A stretch of DNA of 64,000 nt. Source: Histomonas meleagridis 2922-C6/04-290x (Eukaryota > Protista > Parabasalia). Within the stretch, counting starts at the first letter, position 1, and every line of letters begins with the position of its first letter. The stretch is from the NCBI GenBank assembly GCA_020184695.1, contig JAANOX010000070.1, positions 307,889-371,888 of the forward strand. The letters are read 5' to 3'. The notes under the pieces were generated by a model that was given only the letters and a program-made list of their open reading frames with translations, was not told where the DNA came from and searched no databases. A program made the position numbers and the translations under genes. Below are positions 1 to 10,640 of the stretch, piece by piece.

Positions 1-176
1 TTAAATATGGCATTTTGATAAATAACAATTATTTGTCTTTTTGGAACTATAATCATTTGCTAAATTTTAATCAATCAGAAACATCTTACATAAAAATGAA
101 ATTATTTCCGAACATTTATCCATACAATAAAATTTTATTAAATATTTTTTTTTTCTTTTTCATTCCTATACACATA

Positions 177-1079
177 TCAAATAAATTTTTCATCATTTGC
201 CACATCCTCAGAATTATTATTATTCTCGTGGTTCTTATAGTCTCTGCATTCGTCCCAAGGCACGATCACATACACCAAAACCGCGACAATTATTCCACCG
301 AAGAACAATGGCAATGCGATGTTAATGATCTTATCCATTGTTGGGTCGGGCGGCTTCTTCACCAGATCCTGTTTGCATGTTACGTTCATCAAAGCCTCAG
401 TCTGATCCAAATATACGTACGAGAAATATATCAAATCATTTGCTCCGAAGTCATCTTTTGTTCCATAATAATTCAAATAATTTTCGTTGATATATTCCAT
501 GAATTTATTTTCGCCCGGATATTTATGATATTCATTTTGATTTATGAGTAAAAGTGAATTATATCCTTTACTCGTACTATGATCAATGATAATACTAAAT
601 GAATAATCGAAATTATTTAATTGATATTTGAAATATAATATTTGATATGGCTGAACTAAAAATGTTTTCGAGGTTCCGCTCTTCATTTCAATTATTTCAT
701 GTTGACAAAATATGCCGGCGGACTTATCATTACAAACACATTCATTGCCTATAATTTGTTTGGTGTTTTTGGAGTCACATAAATAAAACCAATTATATTT
801 AGTCGTATTAACTTTCTTTAAATTCATAACATTACCTAACGTAACTATAGTGCCATTAATTTTTTGGTTTTTATTTTTCTCACTATCAAATGATAATTTA
901 GATTTAATATGTATTGCATATGTGCCATTCATTAAGTTGTCTTTCGTTATGAATATCCTTTGGTTAGTTGAGAATAAGTCTTCTTGATCATAATACATTG
1001 GTAATAACTTTTCTCCGTTTGGTGTAACCACAAATAAATTCATATTCACATTCAACATGTAATATTCTTCAGTAGACAA
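177..1079 (-). CDS. Single-pass membrane protein with an EGF-like Cys motif; probably the 3' part of a longer disrupted gene starting near 1514
   Basis: 300-aa ORF with CDSK..ECVCNDKSAGIFCQ (EGF-like) and a C-terminal TM segment (IINIALPLFFGGIIVAVLVYVIV). The same frame continues upstream past a single TAA, and an ATG with signal-like MFPLLFYFTAG at about 1514 is reachable through frameshifts. Confidence 0.65.
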   Translation of the reverse strand: MSTEEYYMLNVNMNLFVVTPNGEKLLPMYYDQEDLFSTNQRIFITKDNLMNGTYAIHIKSKLSFDSEKNKNQKINGTIVTLGNVMNLKKVNTTKYNWFYLCDSKNTKQIIGNECVCNDKSAGIFCQHEIIEMKSGTSKTFLVQPYQILYFKYQLNNFDYSFSIIIDHSTSKGYNSLLLINQNEYHKYPGENKFMEYINENYLNYYGTKDDFGANDLIYFSYVYLDQTEALMNVTCKQDLVKKPPDPTMDKIINIALPLFFGGIIVAVLVYVIVPWDECRDYKNHENNNNSEDVANDEKFI

Positions 1080-2518
1080 AATATCATTATATTAATTGGA
1101 ATCAACAATAAATAACGTGTTACGAATACGTTTCGGTGAATACTCTGTTAAGTTCGCAAATGAAGAATGTGCTCGAACTAAAAGTTTATCCTGAACTTTA
1201 AGATAATCATAAGGTTGTGTTACTTTACTGTTCGGTTGCAATGGGGAAAGAATAGCACTTTAGATTTTGAAAGTTGTGAAGATTCTTTTGGGGTTAAAAA
1301 CAATAAACAAAACTTTTGGTTGGGATATTGATGGCCGTTAAATATATGTGGGAATTCTTCTATAACTGACTTATTTTTAAATTGGATGTAATACTAAATT
1401 CATCAGATTTTATCGTTTTACTTTTAGCAAACAATAACTCGCTGGGCAAAGGAAAGCGTTCACTTATCTTCTTTATGCCTTTCCCCGCCGTAAAATAAAA
1501 CAAGAGGGGAAACATTTTTTTTGGAGGTTGATTTCATAGAAATATTCTTTTCTCCTTTGGAAATGCCTGTTGAAATCTCATACCGGAGGTTTGGGTGTTA
1601 CCGTATTCAATTTCGAACCCTTTTGAACAGAAACAATTCTAAACGTCATTAAATCCGCCACTGTTTCATGAGGGTATCCCAGAAGCCGATGAAAATCAAT
1701 AGAAAAACAAGTACTTGGATCCTTTGAAAACACGAACAATTGAAAATTGAAACAATTGAAATTTAGTGATAGAAAAAATGGATTTTGAAGGAAGTAAAAT
1801 TTTTTGCATTGATTTGATTGGATACGAAATTTTATCAATTGATTTTTGAATGATTCAATTCTGAATAACCCACAAAAACGTAGTTCCAAATTCTTGCTCA
1901 AGAGAAATAATAGAAAACAGAGTGAGAAATTAACATCCTTTTATATTTGCATTGGCAACAGTAATTGTTAGTGTATCTTTGTTTGATTCTTTAATAATGC
2001 AGATGCTGAAAAATTTGGTAAAAATAATTTTGAAACAAAGGTTTACAGTAAAAAGGCGCATCAATATATAACGTAGAAGAAGAATGGTAAATTGTTGAAA
2101 TAATACAATTCTTACATATAAGTATATAATAAAAATGAATGAGAAATTGGTGTTAAATACAAAAGCATTTTATTAATAAATAGTGAATATGAAGACAGAC
2201 CAAATCATATTCATCAATGTAATTCTATTTTATTTTAATAATCTTGATATTATATTTTCGAATCGTAAATAAAAACAAAGTATTTTCAGAATTTGGAAAT
2301 AACTTTTAGTTTTCTATAATTACTTAGTTAATAAAATGATTTTGATAATAATGTGTAAATTATAAAATTCTAATGGCTTACAGTACTTCGCAAAACAAAG
2401 ATTAAGATAAAGATGAACATATATCTATTAGGATTTAACTATTACTTTTTTTTGGTAAAGATGATGGTTTGTTTTTGTTAGAGGGGTCTTCAGACATGTT
2501 ATGTGAATTTTAAATTAT

Positions 2519-3322
2519 ATGTCCATAGAGGAAGAAATTTTTGCTGAATTAGATGATAAAAACATAAATATGAACTTGGAATTACTTTCCAAAATTCAAT
2601 ACACACAACCTGAATTCAAAGAATTGAAAGATTTTTCTGTTCTTTCTCTCATTTATCATGGAAATATGTCATCTTTATTTATTGGCAAAATGAACGGTGA
2701 AAATGTTATAATTGAAACATGTACTCGCGTTCCTTTCATACTTGTTTGCCGAGAAATTTCTTTATTAAATGAATTAAATATTCCAAATATCATAAAAATA
2801 GTTGGAATCACTCGTAATCCTTCATTAGGAATTATCTCGTTAGCTTATAGTTCGTTTGATTTTTTAACAAATCTTGAAACCATTCCACTGGAAAAACTTC
2901 CAAATCTCTTAATTTCTCTTTTATCAATTTTAAAGGCATTACATAAAAAGCAAATCTCCCATGGATGGATTTGCCGCTCATCGATTATGGTTTCTCCGGA
3001 TTATTCACATGTTACACTTTCATCTTTTCACGCAGCATCGAAAATTGATAGTCAGAGACCGTTAATTGTAAATACTAATTGTTCACCGACGAATAGATGC
3101 GAAGATGATCCACGCAAAGACGATGTTTATTCTGCTGCTCTTTGGTTCCTTTCGTTCTACAAGAAAAATCCAAAAACTGCATTGAAAGAAATAAAATCAC
3201 TTCCATTAGAACAAAAATTAAGAAAAGTAATAAAATTAATGACAAATGCAAACTTAGAAAAAAGAATTACCGCAAGTGTTGCAATAAAGTGCTTGCAAAA
3301 AGTCCTCCGAACAAAAAAGTAA
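2519..3322 (+). CDS. Divergent protein kinase-like protein (probable pseudokinase)
   Basis: Kinase-fold remnants (REISLLNELNIPNIIKIVG, DDVYSAALWF, RITASVA). The catalytic loop reads SHGWICRSSIMV instead of HRDLKPxN, and there is no DFG. Confidence 0.6.
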   Translation: MSIEEEIFAELDDKNINMNLELLSKIQYTQPEFKELKDFSVLSLIYHGNMSSLFIGKMNGENVIIETCTRVPFILVCREISLLNELNIPNIIKIVGITRNPSLGIISLAYSSFDFLTNLETIPLEKLPNLLISLLSILKALHKKQISHGWICRSSIMVSPDYSHVTLSSFHAASKIDSQRPLIVNTNCSPTNRCEDDPRKDDVYSAALWFLSFYKKNPKTALKEIKSLPLEQKLRKVIKLMTNANLEKRITASVAIKCLQKVLRTKK

Positions 3323-3497
3323 ATTATATCTGTTTTTAAAAACGACTTTTTACTTTCGTAGAATACCTTGCCTAAAAGTTTGTAAATTTTTTCATTTATT
3401 ATGGTAAATAACAGAACACCAATTTACAATGCTTCATGATTAAAAAAGAAGATACGTAAATAAACGGTCGATGCACTTTTTTTATTAAAAGTGGCAT

Positions 3498-3812
3498 ATG
3501 GAGTGCGAAGAGCTTCGCAACCTAGAACACGCAGAAGATCTTGTTATTAGCTTACTGGAAAATGCAGGTAATGCTATAGGTGAACTTAAAGAAATCCAAG
3601 CAAATGATACCGACAAAAATAGTGCATTAATTCAATATATTGCTGCTTATTTCGACAACCTCACTGAAATAAAAGAAATCCTTATTTCTGAGGTCAATTC
3701 GCTTGCCAGTTCTTCAACATTGCCACTTAGGAGACCAGGAATTGATGAATTAGCTATTTCAGAATGGCAAGCTAAAATTGTTGCTGATAACCTTCACGAA
3801 ATTGCTAATTGA
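3498..3812 (+). CDS. Small helical protein, Mediator subunit 11-like
   Basis: 104 aa; the pattern LRNLEHAEDLVISLLENAGNAIGEL...YFDNLTEIKEIL resembles Med11. Recognised by eye only. Confidence 0.45.
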   Translation: MECEELRNLEHAEDLVISLLENAGNAIGELKEIQANDTDKNSALIQYIAAYFDNLTEIKEILISEVNSLASSSTLPLRRPGIDELAISEWQAKIVADNLHEIAN

Positions 3813-4026
3813 AAACTTAACATAAACATTTGTATTTTACCATCAGATCTTATTTATTAAAAATCAATCATTTCAAAATCCATAAGATCAAACTTCCCTA
3901 TATTTTATAAAAAGGTTTTAATGACACAAGTTTAAATTATTATCAGATGAATTTTTGTGATTTTTTTGAAGTTTTAAATCAATAAAAGTGACACGCAGGG
4001 AAAACCGTTATATTTCAAAGTGATTT

Positions 4027-4045
4027 AACGGTTTGGCCGTCCTTT
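4027..4045 (+). promoter_or_regulatory. Trichomonad M3-like (AACGGTTT) plus M5 (CCTTT) core promoter of RPS14
   Basis: AACGGTTT at 4027-4034 and CCTTT at 4041-4045, 6 nt before the ATG. The same arrangement occurs at the other ribosomal protein genes. Confidence 0.7.
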
Positions 4046-4051
4046 TGGTTA

Positions 4052-4522
4052 ATGTCTAAGCCAGCCGTTGAAGCCAAGCAACAACAAACAAAGAAAACAA
4101 AGGAAGAAGCTTATGTTGGTCCAACAAAGGCACAAAACGAGATTGCCCTTGGTGTTGCTCACATTTATGCAACAAAGAACGATACTTTCATTCATGTTAC
4201 AGATCTTTCAGGAGCAGAAACACTTGTTAAAGTTACAGGTGGTATGGTTGTTAAAGCACAACGTGATCAATCCACACCATACGCTGCTATGCTTGCTGCT
4301 CAAATGGTTGCCGCTCGTCTTAAGACAATGGGTATTGATGGACTTCACATCAAGTTCTCTGGTAAGGGTGGTTCATCACGCCGTCTTCCAGCACAAGGTG
4401 CACAAAGTGCTCTTCGTGCATTAGCTCGTGCAGGACTTAAGATTGGTCGTATCGAAGATGTTACACCACTCCCACATGATTCAACACGTCGTAAGGGTGG
4501 TCGCCGTGGTAGAAGACTTTAA
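4052..4522 (+). CDS. RPS14: 40S ribosomal protein S14 (uS11)
   Basis: [33 protein letters not shown]-terminal [21 protein letters not shown]; stop TAA is part of a TAAA. Confidence 0.98.
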   Translation: MSKPAVEAKQQQTKKTKEEAYVGPTKAQNEIALGVAHIYATKNDTFIHVTDLSGAETLVKVTGGMVVKAQRDQSTPYAAMLAAQMVAARLKTMGIDGLHIKFSGKGGSSRRLPAQGAQSALRALARAGLKIGRIEDVTPLPHDSTRRKGGRRGRRL

Positions 4523-4748
4523 ATCGCATACTTCTAAATAACTTTGATTTTTAGATTTCCAGAATCCATACATCAGGAAGCCGTTTAAAAAATTGTGAGT
4601 TAATAATTTTTTCAATGGTGTTTATTTCGGTTATTTGATATAAACCATTCAATTCTCTTCGTTGGTCTTGTGGTATTTAGTGCTCAAAAAAATGGGTTTT
4701 CTGTGAAAAACGATCATGTACACTTTTTTCTAAGTTTGCCAGCAAAAA

Positions 4749-7700
4749 ATGAACTTTGGTGCAAGAAGTGCAACGAATTTTAAAAATAGCGAAATGGAAA
4801 ATACTAAAACTCAATGCAATAGCATGAAATTATTAAATAAACTCGAAAAAATAATTTTCAATATTAATGATGAAAATCTCGACTTAAAAGTTCAAGAAAC
4901 AATGAGCTTATTCGATGTTCACACCTCATATTCATTCAATTATGTTATATCTGTTTTAGTTTACGCTTCATTTTTTTCTCAGAAAAATTTAAGTGAAATA
5001 TTCTTGAGATACATTAAGTCAATTCAGTCCAAAGAAATATCAATTAAAAGCAATTCAAAAATCGTAAATGTTTTTAGTAATTACATTTCCGAGCTTGAAG
5101 AACAAGAAGCATATTATCTTCTTGAGAAATTGGTTGAACAAAATTTAATAAATACAAATATCATCAAAAACATTCATTCGAAATATTTTGGCCAATATAA
5201 AACAGATAAAGAAAACAAAACCAAATATTTTAATGACATAATTGAGAAAATGTTCATTCAAAATTATGAAGAACTTAAAAAGAATAATTTTGCACTTCAT
5301 AAGCAATTAATAAAAGGAGGCGTTAATCCTAATGAAATTGTAAAAATCATTCGAAATGATGACATCGAGAAACTTCAAGAAATATCATCACAACAAAACT
5401 TTGATTCTAACCAGAAAATTGAGCCATCGCTTTATGAAAGATGTTCATTCATTAACAAAGAGAATGTTACATTAATTGATTACGCAGCATATTTTGCAGC
5501 AATAAAATGTTTTAAACATTTGTTACTGAATGGTGCAAATGTAAGGAAAACAGGTAAATATGCAATTGCAGGTGGTAACCAAGAGATCATTCATTTATGT
5601 GAACAAAATCATTCGACATTTGAAGATGGCTATGAAGTCGCAATTAAATATCATTCGAACGAAATCTTTAAATATGTTTATGATAACAAATTAGAAAAGA
5701 AATCGAATTTGAAGCTTAATCAATTAGGTGAAATTTGTATTAAAAATGGAAGTTATGGAATATTTTCATATCTTGAAAAAGAAGGAATGAAAATCGATAA
5801 TTCTTTGATTAATGAGTCCGCACGAAATGGAAATATATTTCTAATTAAATATTTCCTTCAAAACAATCAAATGCCAAAAGACATTTTAGTGTTTTCTGCT
5901 GAATCAGGAAACATTGAACTTGTGAAATATATTTTCGAACAAAAAGGAATTGATATTAATTATAACGAAGTTAGTTTTAATGATTTAATGGTATTCATTT
6001 AATGTATTTAATACAGTGCTTATTGCAGCAATGAAAAATAATCGAATTGAAATTGTTAAATTACTTCTCGAACAAAAGGAAATTGATATAAATGCTAAAG
6101 TCGTTAATTAAAATGTTTTAATGTTTTATGATAAAATTTGGAATTTGTTTGAATGATTTAAAACTGCTTTAATGATTGCATCTGAAAATGGTTATATTGA
6201 AATGGTCAAATTATTAATCGCACAACAAGACATTGATATTAATACTAAAGATATTAATTTGTTTTTTTATGATGTTTCTTTTAATAATTTGATGGAATTT
6301 GTCGAATGTATTTAATACAGCACTTATTTTGGCATTGAAGAATAATCATTCTGACGTAGTTAAAGTACTTCTTAAACATAAGAAAACTGATGTTAATGCT
6401 CAAGATGTATTTTTGTTATGTTTAATGTCTGTTTTAATGATTTAATGGAATTCATTTAAAGTATTTAATCCACCACTAATGTTAGCATTATTAAATGGTC
6501 GTTCTGATATGGTTAAATTACTTTTTGCACATGAGAAAATCGATTTTAATGTAAGAGATGTTTATATGTATTATTTAATGTTTATTAAAATGTTTTAATG
6601 TTCCAAAATAAGTTTTGGAATTTATTTGACTTTTTCGATACAGCATTAATATTAGCAACATCAAACGCTCGAACAGGAATGGTTAAGTTACTTCTTGATG
6701 AAAAACGAATTGATGTTACTGCTAAAGATATTCTTTTCGAATATTTAAAGAAGCTTTAATATAATATTTGGAATTTGTTTATAATATTTAATACGGCACT
6801 AATGTCAGCATTGAAAAAAGGTCGAACAGAAATTGTTAAATTACTTCTTAAACATGAAGGAATTGATATTAATGCGAAAGATGTTTAATTTTTTTATTTA
6901 ATGTTTGTCATAATAATTTGCTGTTATAATATAATATTTGGAATTTGTTTAAAGTATTTAATACAGCACTTATATTGGCATTAAAGAATGGCCGACATGA
7001 AATAGTTAAATTACTTCTTGAACATGAAAAAATTAATATCAATGCGCAAGATAAAATTTCAATTAATTATTTAACGTTTTATAATAAATTTTGGGGTTTT
7101 ATCATTTTATAGAATACAATTCTAATATTTGCATCTAGAGATGGTATAACAGAGATAGTGAAATTACTTATTGAACAAAAAGGTATTAATGTTAATCTTA
7201 AAAATGTTTAAATACACTGTATAAAATTTCATTTAATAATTTTATGTTCCAAAATAAAATTTGGAATTTAATTAAATGACTTCAAACTGCTCATATGATC
7301 GCATGTAAGAATGGTCATACTGATATAGCTAAAATACTTCTTGAACAAGGAGAACTTGATATTAATGCTAAAGATATTCATTTGTTTTATTTAATATTCA
7401 TTTTAATGATTTTGGATTTCATCACAATATTTGGAATATATTTAAATGATTTAGTACTGCAATCATGAAAGCATCTGAAAATGGAAACTCCGAAATAGTA
7501 AAATTACTTGAGCCTTACTCTCCGATAAAAGAAAAGCCAACGCCAAAGAAGCTGTCGCCAAGGAGAAGTCCAAGAGCAATCAAAAACAAAGTAAAAGTTG
7601 AAATAAGTACGCAAACAGAAAAGAGAAAACCTCAAAAGAAAAACAAAGCAAATAATTCATCACAATATTCACAAAATCAATTTGCGCAAAATCAGTTCTA

Positions 7701-7839
7701 TAATGGATTTTACCCATATCCAATGCCAGTATACCCAATGCCATTTTACCAAATCCCAATGTATCCAATGCCTTTCTGCTGCCCAATGCCGTTTTATCCA
7801 ATGCCTGCATACCCAATGCCGGTATTCTATCCAATGTAA
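4749..7839 (+). CDS. DUF3447-like/ankyrin repeat protein A; 10 hairpins interrupted by 33 tiny intervening sequences; 842 aa if they are removed
   Basis: ORF 4749-6002 carries the family N-terminal region (LIDYAAYFAAIKCFKHLLLNGA, KYAIAGGNQEIIHLCEQ). Ankyrin units (TAL..A...G..EIVKLLL...IDIN) continue to 7510. The 3091-nt span minus 32x17+18 nt gives 2529 nt = 843 codons, ending in the open 7465-7839 tail. Confidence 0.8.
5970..7452 (+). other. Array of 33 intervening sequences (32 of 17 nt, one of 18 nt) separating 1-2 codon micro-exons in ankyrin gene A
   Basis: Example 6883-6962: gat [gtttaatttttttattt] aat [gtttgtcataataattt] gct [gttataatataatattt] gga [atttgtttaaagtattt] aat aca = D N A G N T. 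Insert blocks (retained codons included) at 5970-6012, 6103-6162, 6253-6316, 6407-6469, 6560-6639, 6730-6792, 6883-6962, 7053-7115, 7206-7285, 7376-7455. Confidence 0.85.
7711..7836 (+). repeat. Degenerate ~15-nt coding tandem repeat (Y-P-M-P-x pentapeptide)
   Basis: YPYPMPVYPMPFYQIPMYPMPFCCPMPFYPMPAYPMPVFYPM at the end of the gene A tail. Confidence 0.85.
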
Positions 7840-8199
7840 TGATGGATTCACTTCAATAAGGAGTTCATTTGTTGATGAATTATTTGGTGTTTTTCTGGAG
7901 AGATATTCGAATAAATTATAAATTGTTAAGTAAATACATTATAATATAAAATATTTATTCATATTTTAAGTTATAAAGGAAATATTTGAACGTATAATTT
8001 TTTTGATTGGAAAATGAGAAAAAGCAAAATGATTTTTTTTTTTTTTTCTTTGATATTTACTTCAATTGAAAGATATTTATCCCCAAACAAAAATATAGCG
8101 ATTGATGGTATTATGGGAAATTTAATTCAGCAAATAATAACAAAACATGAACTATTTTTTCTATTGTTACACATAAAGAACAAATGAAATAATTATTAT

Positions 8200-9141
8200 T
8201 TAGTGATCAAACGATAGATCTATTGCGTAACATAACGGTTTCCCTTTCAATATATTCTTTTCCGCCGTTAACAAAATTGTTCCGCTTTGACAGATGTTCA
8301 TTTTCAGCCCTGCAAACACTGCACCGTTACTTCTTATGTTTGCTGCTAATTTCGATTCTTTGATATGCAATTTAGAGCCGACAGATGTGTAAATGTTTTT
8401 ATTTTTGTCGGCTTTTAAGGCAAAACATACTTTACCGTTTGGAATTATCGATTCCATTTTCATTTCTGCATAAGATTTTTTGATATTATATTTGATACCA
8501 AATAAATCATTTTCAAAATCACAAACCAAACCGATTTTGTTTCGTTGTGTTTCTTTGTATTTTGTTGCATATTCATAGAAGACTGTAAATTGCTTATATG
8601 TAAAATCGCTTTTCGCTTTGAAAAGTTTTTCAGATCCAACTTTAATAAATGCAGAAAAGATTTCATTGAATGCTAATAAGGAAGCTGATAGATATGGCTT
8701 CAAAGTTAACTTTTCAACAAAGTTAACGCCATAGAAATTGTTTTTGTTTTTAAGATTTATAACGAGATTATGAGATTTACTTTCATATAAATCACTAAAG
8801 TAAAATTTGAAGCCACCTTTCTTGAATGGAACTTCAATTTTGTATTTAGTTTCTTCGATGTTAAAGCTTGATATTTTTGTTGAATCAAGGATAAAACCTA
8901 CTGTAGGATAAACACCAAAAATGTTTGGTGAAAATCCAATTTCTCTTGTGTTTTCTGTAACTTTAATATCGATTTTTCCGAATTTTTCGGATATTTCAGA
9001 ATCAAAACACATTTTACGTGTATTTCTATCATAAGAAACGATTCCAATAAAATGTGGTGATGAATGTGAAATAGTCAAAGAATTTTCGCATTTCTGGGAA
9101 ATTAATGGATACCCAATGTTTCCAAAAGAAGCACCAAACAT
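8200..9141 (-). CDS. Hypothetical protein, beta-strand rich, possibly porin/Tom40-like
   Basis: 313-aa ORF with alternating hydrophobic/polar short segments and a C-terminal LCYAIDLSF; no long TM helix. The family call is inference. Confidence 0.4.
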   Translation of the reverse strand: MFGASFGNIGYPLISQKCENSLTISHSSPHFIGIVSYDRNTRKMCFDSEISEKFGKIDIKVTENTREIGFSPNIFGVYPTVGFILDSTKISSFNIEETKYKIEVPFKKGGFKFYFSDLYESKSHNLVINLKNKNNFYGVNFVEKLTLKPYLSASLLAFNEIFSAFIKVGSEKLFKAKSDFTYKQFTVFYEYATKYKETQRNKIGLVCDFENDLFGIKYNIKKSYAEMKMESIIPNGKVCFALKADKNKNIYTSVGSKLHIKESKLAANIRSNGAVFAGLKMNICQSGTILLTAEKNILKGKPLCYAIDLSFDH

Positions 9142-9386
9142 GTCGAAGGATCGATGGGGTACCCCCTAATAAACGTCCGATCTTCATTCTGTGGTTTTTC
9201 CTTTAACTCAGTGTTGTCTAAAGTAGCAAAGAAAAAAGGATAACACAAATATAGCTTTAGATAAGATAAGTAAATTACTTCCGGAAAGCTTGCAAAATTA
9301 AAATTTTTTGCATAATAGATAAAATTATCAAACAAAAAATAAGTGATATGATGCATTCTGGTTTAGGAAATTATCATTAAATTAGT

Positions 9387-9665
9387 TTACTTGGCTTGAG
9401 CTTCGCGGAGACGCTTGATAGCAGCACGGGCTGTCAAAGCTGCCGGGGTTGAAGGAATGTAAGCACCACCTGTTGTAGCCTTACCGCATTTCTGGCACTT
9501 CCAAATTCCGACGACTGTTCTTCTGACTGATGTCTTTCCGCAGAATGGGCATGGATACTTCTTACGTTGTGAAATTTCGATCTTTTTGATTGTCTTACGG
9601 AGTGAAGCACCATAGCGAACGCCATATTTACCTACAATTCCGACTTTCTTTGTTCTGCGAGCCAT
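9387..9665 (-). CDS. RPL37A: 60S ribosomal protein L37a (eL43)
   Basis: [38 protein letters not shown] zinc ribbon. True ATG at 9665, inside ORF 9387-9725. Confidence 0.98.
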   Translation of the reverse strand: MARRTKKVGIVGKYGVRYGASLRKTIKKIEISQRKKYPCPFCGKTSVRRTVVGIWKCQKCGKATTGGAYIPSTPAALTARAAIKRLREAQAK

Positions 9666-9672
9666 TTCTCGA

Positions 9673-9700
9673 AAAGGAGGGCCAAACCTCTCAAACCGTC
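9673..9700 (-). promoter_or_regulatory. M3-like (GACGGTTT) plus M5 (CCTTT) core promoter of RPL37A
   Basis: Minus strand reads gacggtttgagaggtttggccctCCTTTtcgagaaATG. Confidence 0.7.
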
Positions 9701-10155
9701 TTATCGTTGCACTCAACCAAACCATTCAACAAAATCTCCATCAAAACACTTTAATTTTGTAATTACTAGAATATTCCCAGGGGGATTTGAATACGCATAA
9801 TAATAATTTCCGTTGAATGTAATATATCATATATAAGAATCAATTTTTTTGAAAGCATTTAACTTCTGCAATATCTTGTAAATATTAAAAAAGAGTATAA
9901 CATCTGACAAGCAGAGTTTGTTATATTGAATATATAATTATTTTTTGGTCTTTCATAATTCTTTGCAAAGAATGCCTCTGGAGGCATATTTTTGGGATGC
10001 AAATTGTTAAACCGCAAAATGAAATCAAAAAGTTTTGCTTTTTATGTAGTTTATTATTCTATCGCAAAAATGAGTGGATGCGATAAATAATGATATGATA
10101 AAGATGAAGTGATACAGTAAAAGTCCAGACATATCATTTTATTTTTTTCATCCTC

Positions 10156-10524
10156 ATGCGAACAACATTAAGTGATTATGATGCAATCATTGCCACTGTT
10201 CAAAAATATGTTGATGGATGCCTCGAAGGTAAAAGCGAAATTATGAAGCCAGCTTTTGATGAAGGTGCAGTTATGTATGGAGTAAATGTTGATGGAACAG
10301 TTGCAGCAAAGGGATCAATCAACAATCTTTTCACAGCTATTGATCAAGTTGGTGGTGATAAAAACGGAAAATCACGTATTGACATTATTGACTCTACAGC
10401 AAACACAGCAGTTGCACGTGTTGTTATGGAAAACTGGCATGGAACAGGTTTCATTGATCACCATTCGCTTATGAAGATTGATGGCCAATGGAAAATAGTC
10501 GCGAAAATTTATCAATCAGTCTAA
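10156..10524 (+). CDS. Putative lumazine-binding / NTF2-like family protein (bacterial type)
   Basis: DYDAIIATVQKYVDG...MKPAFDEGAVMYG...AVARVVMENWHG..FIDHHSLMKIDGQWKIVAK, typical of the Lumazine_bd_2 family. Confidence 0.8.
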   Translation: MRTTLSDYDAIIATVQKYVDGCLEGKSEIMKPAFDEGAVMYGVNVDGTVAAKGSINNLFTAIDQVGGDKNGKSRIDIIDSTANTAVARVVMENWHGTGFIDHHSLMKIDGQWKIVAKIYQSV

Positions 10525-10640
10525 GTAAAAATTGGTTGGCAAATCTTTTTCTAGTGAATTGTATCAATATCAGAAAAGATTTTGTATTTGTACAATTTCT
10601 ATTTTAATTAAAGCAAAAGAACATTTACGATAATATTTAT

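Noticed and set aside
1578-1901. 107-aa minus-strand ORF
   Set aside because: It has a TTG start and no recognisable motif, and lies upstream of the more plausible ATG at 1514. It could be a fragment but cannot be supported.
5970-7455. T4 gene 60-style matched-codon ribosomal hopping
   Set aside because: The last triplet of the spacers is nearly always TTT, while the preceding take-off codons vary (GAT, AAT, AAA, GGA, GGG), so take-off and landing codons do not match. Other bypass modes are not excluded.
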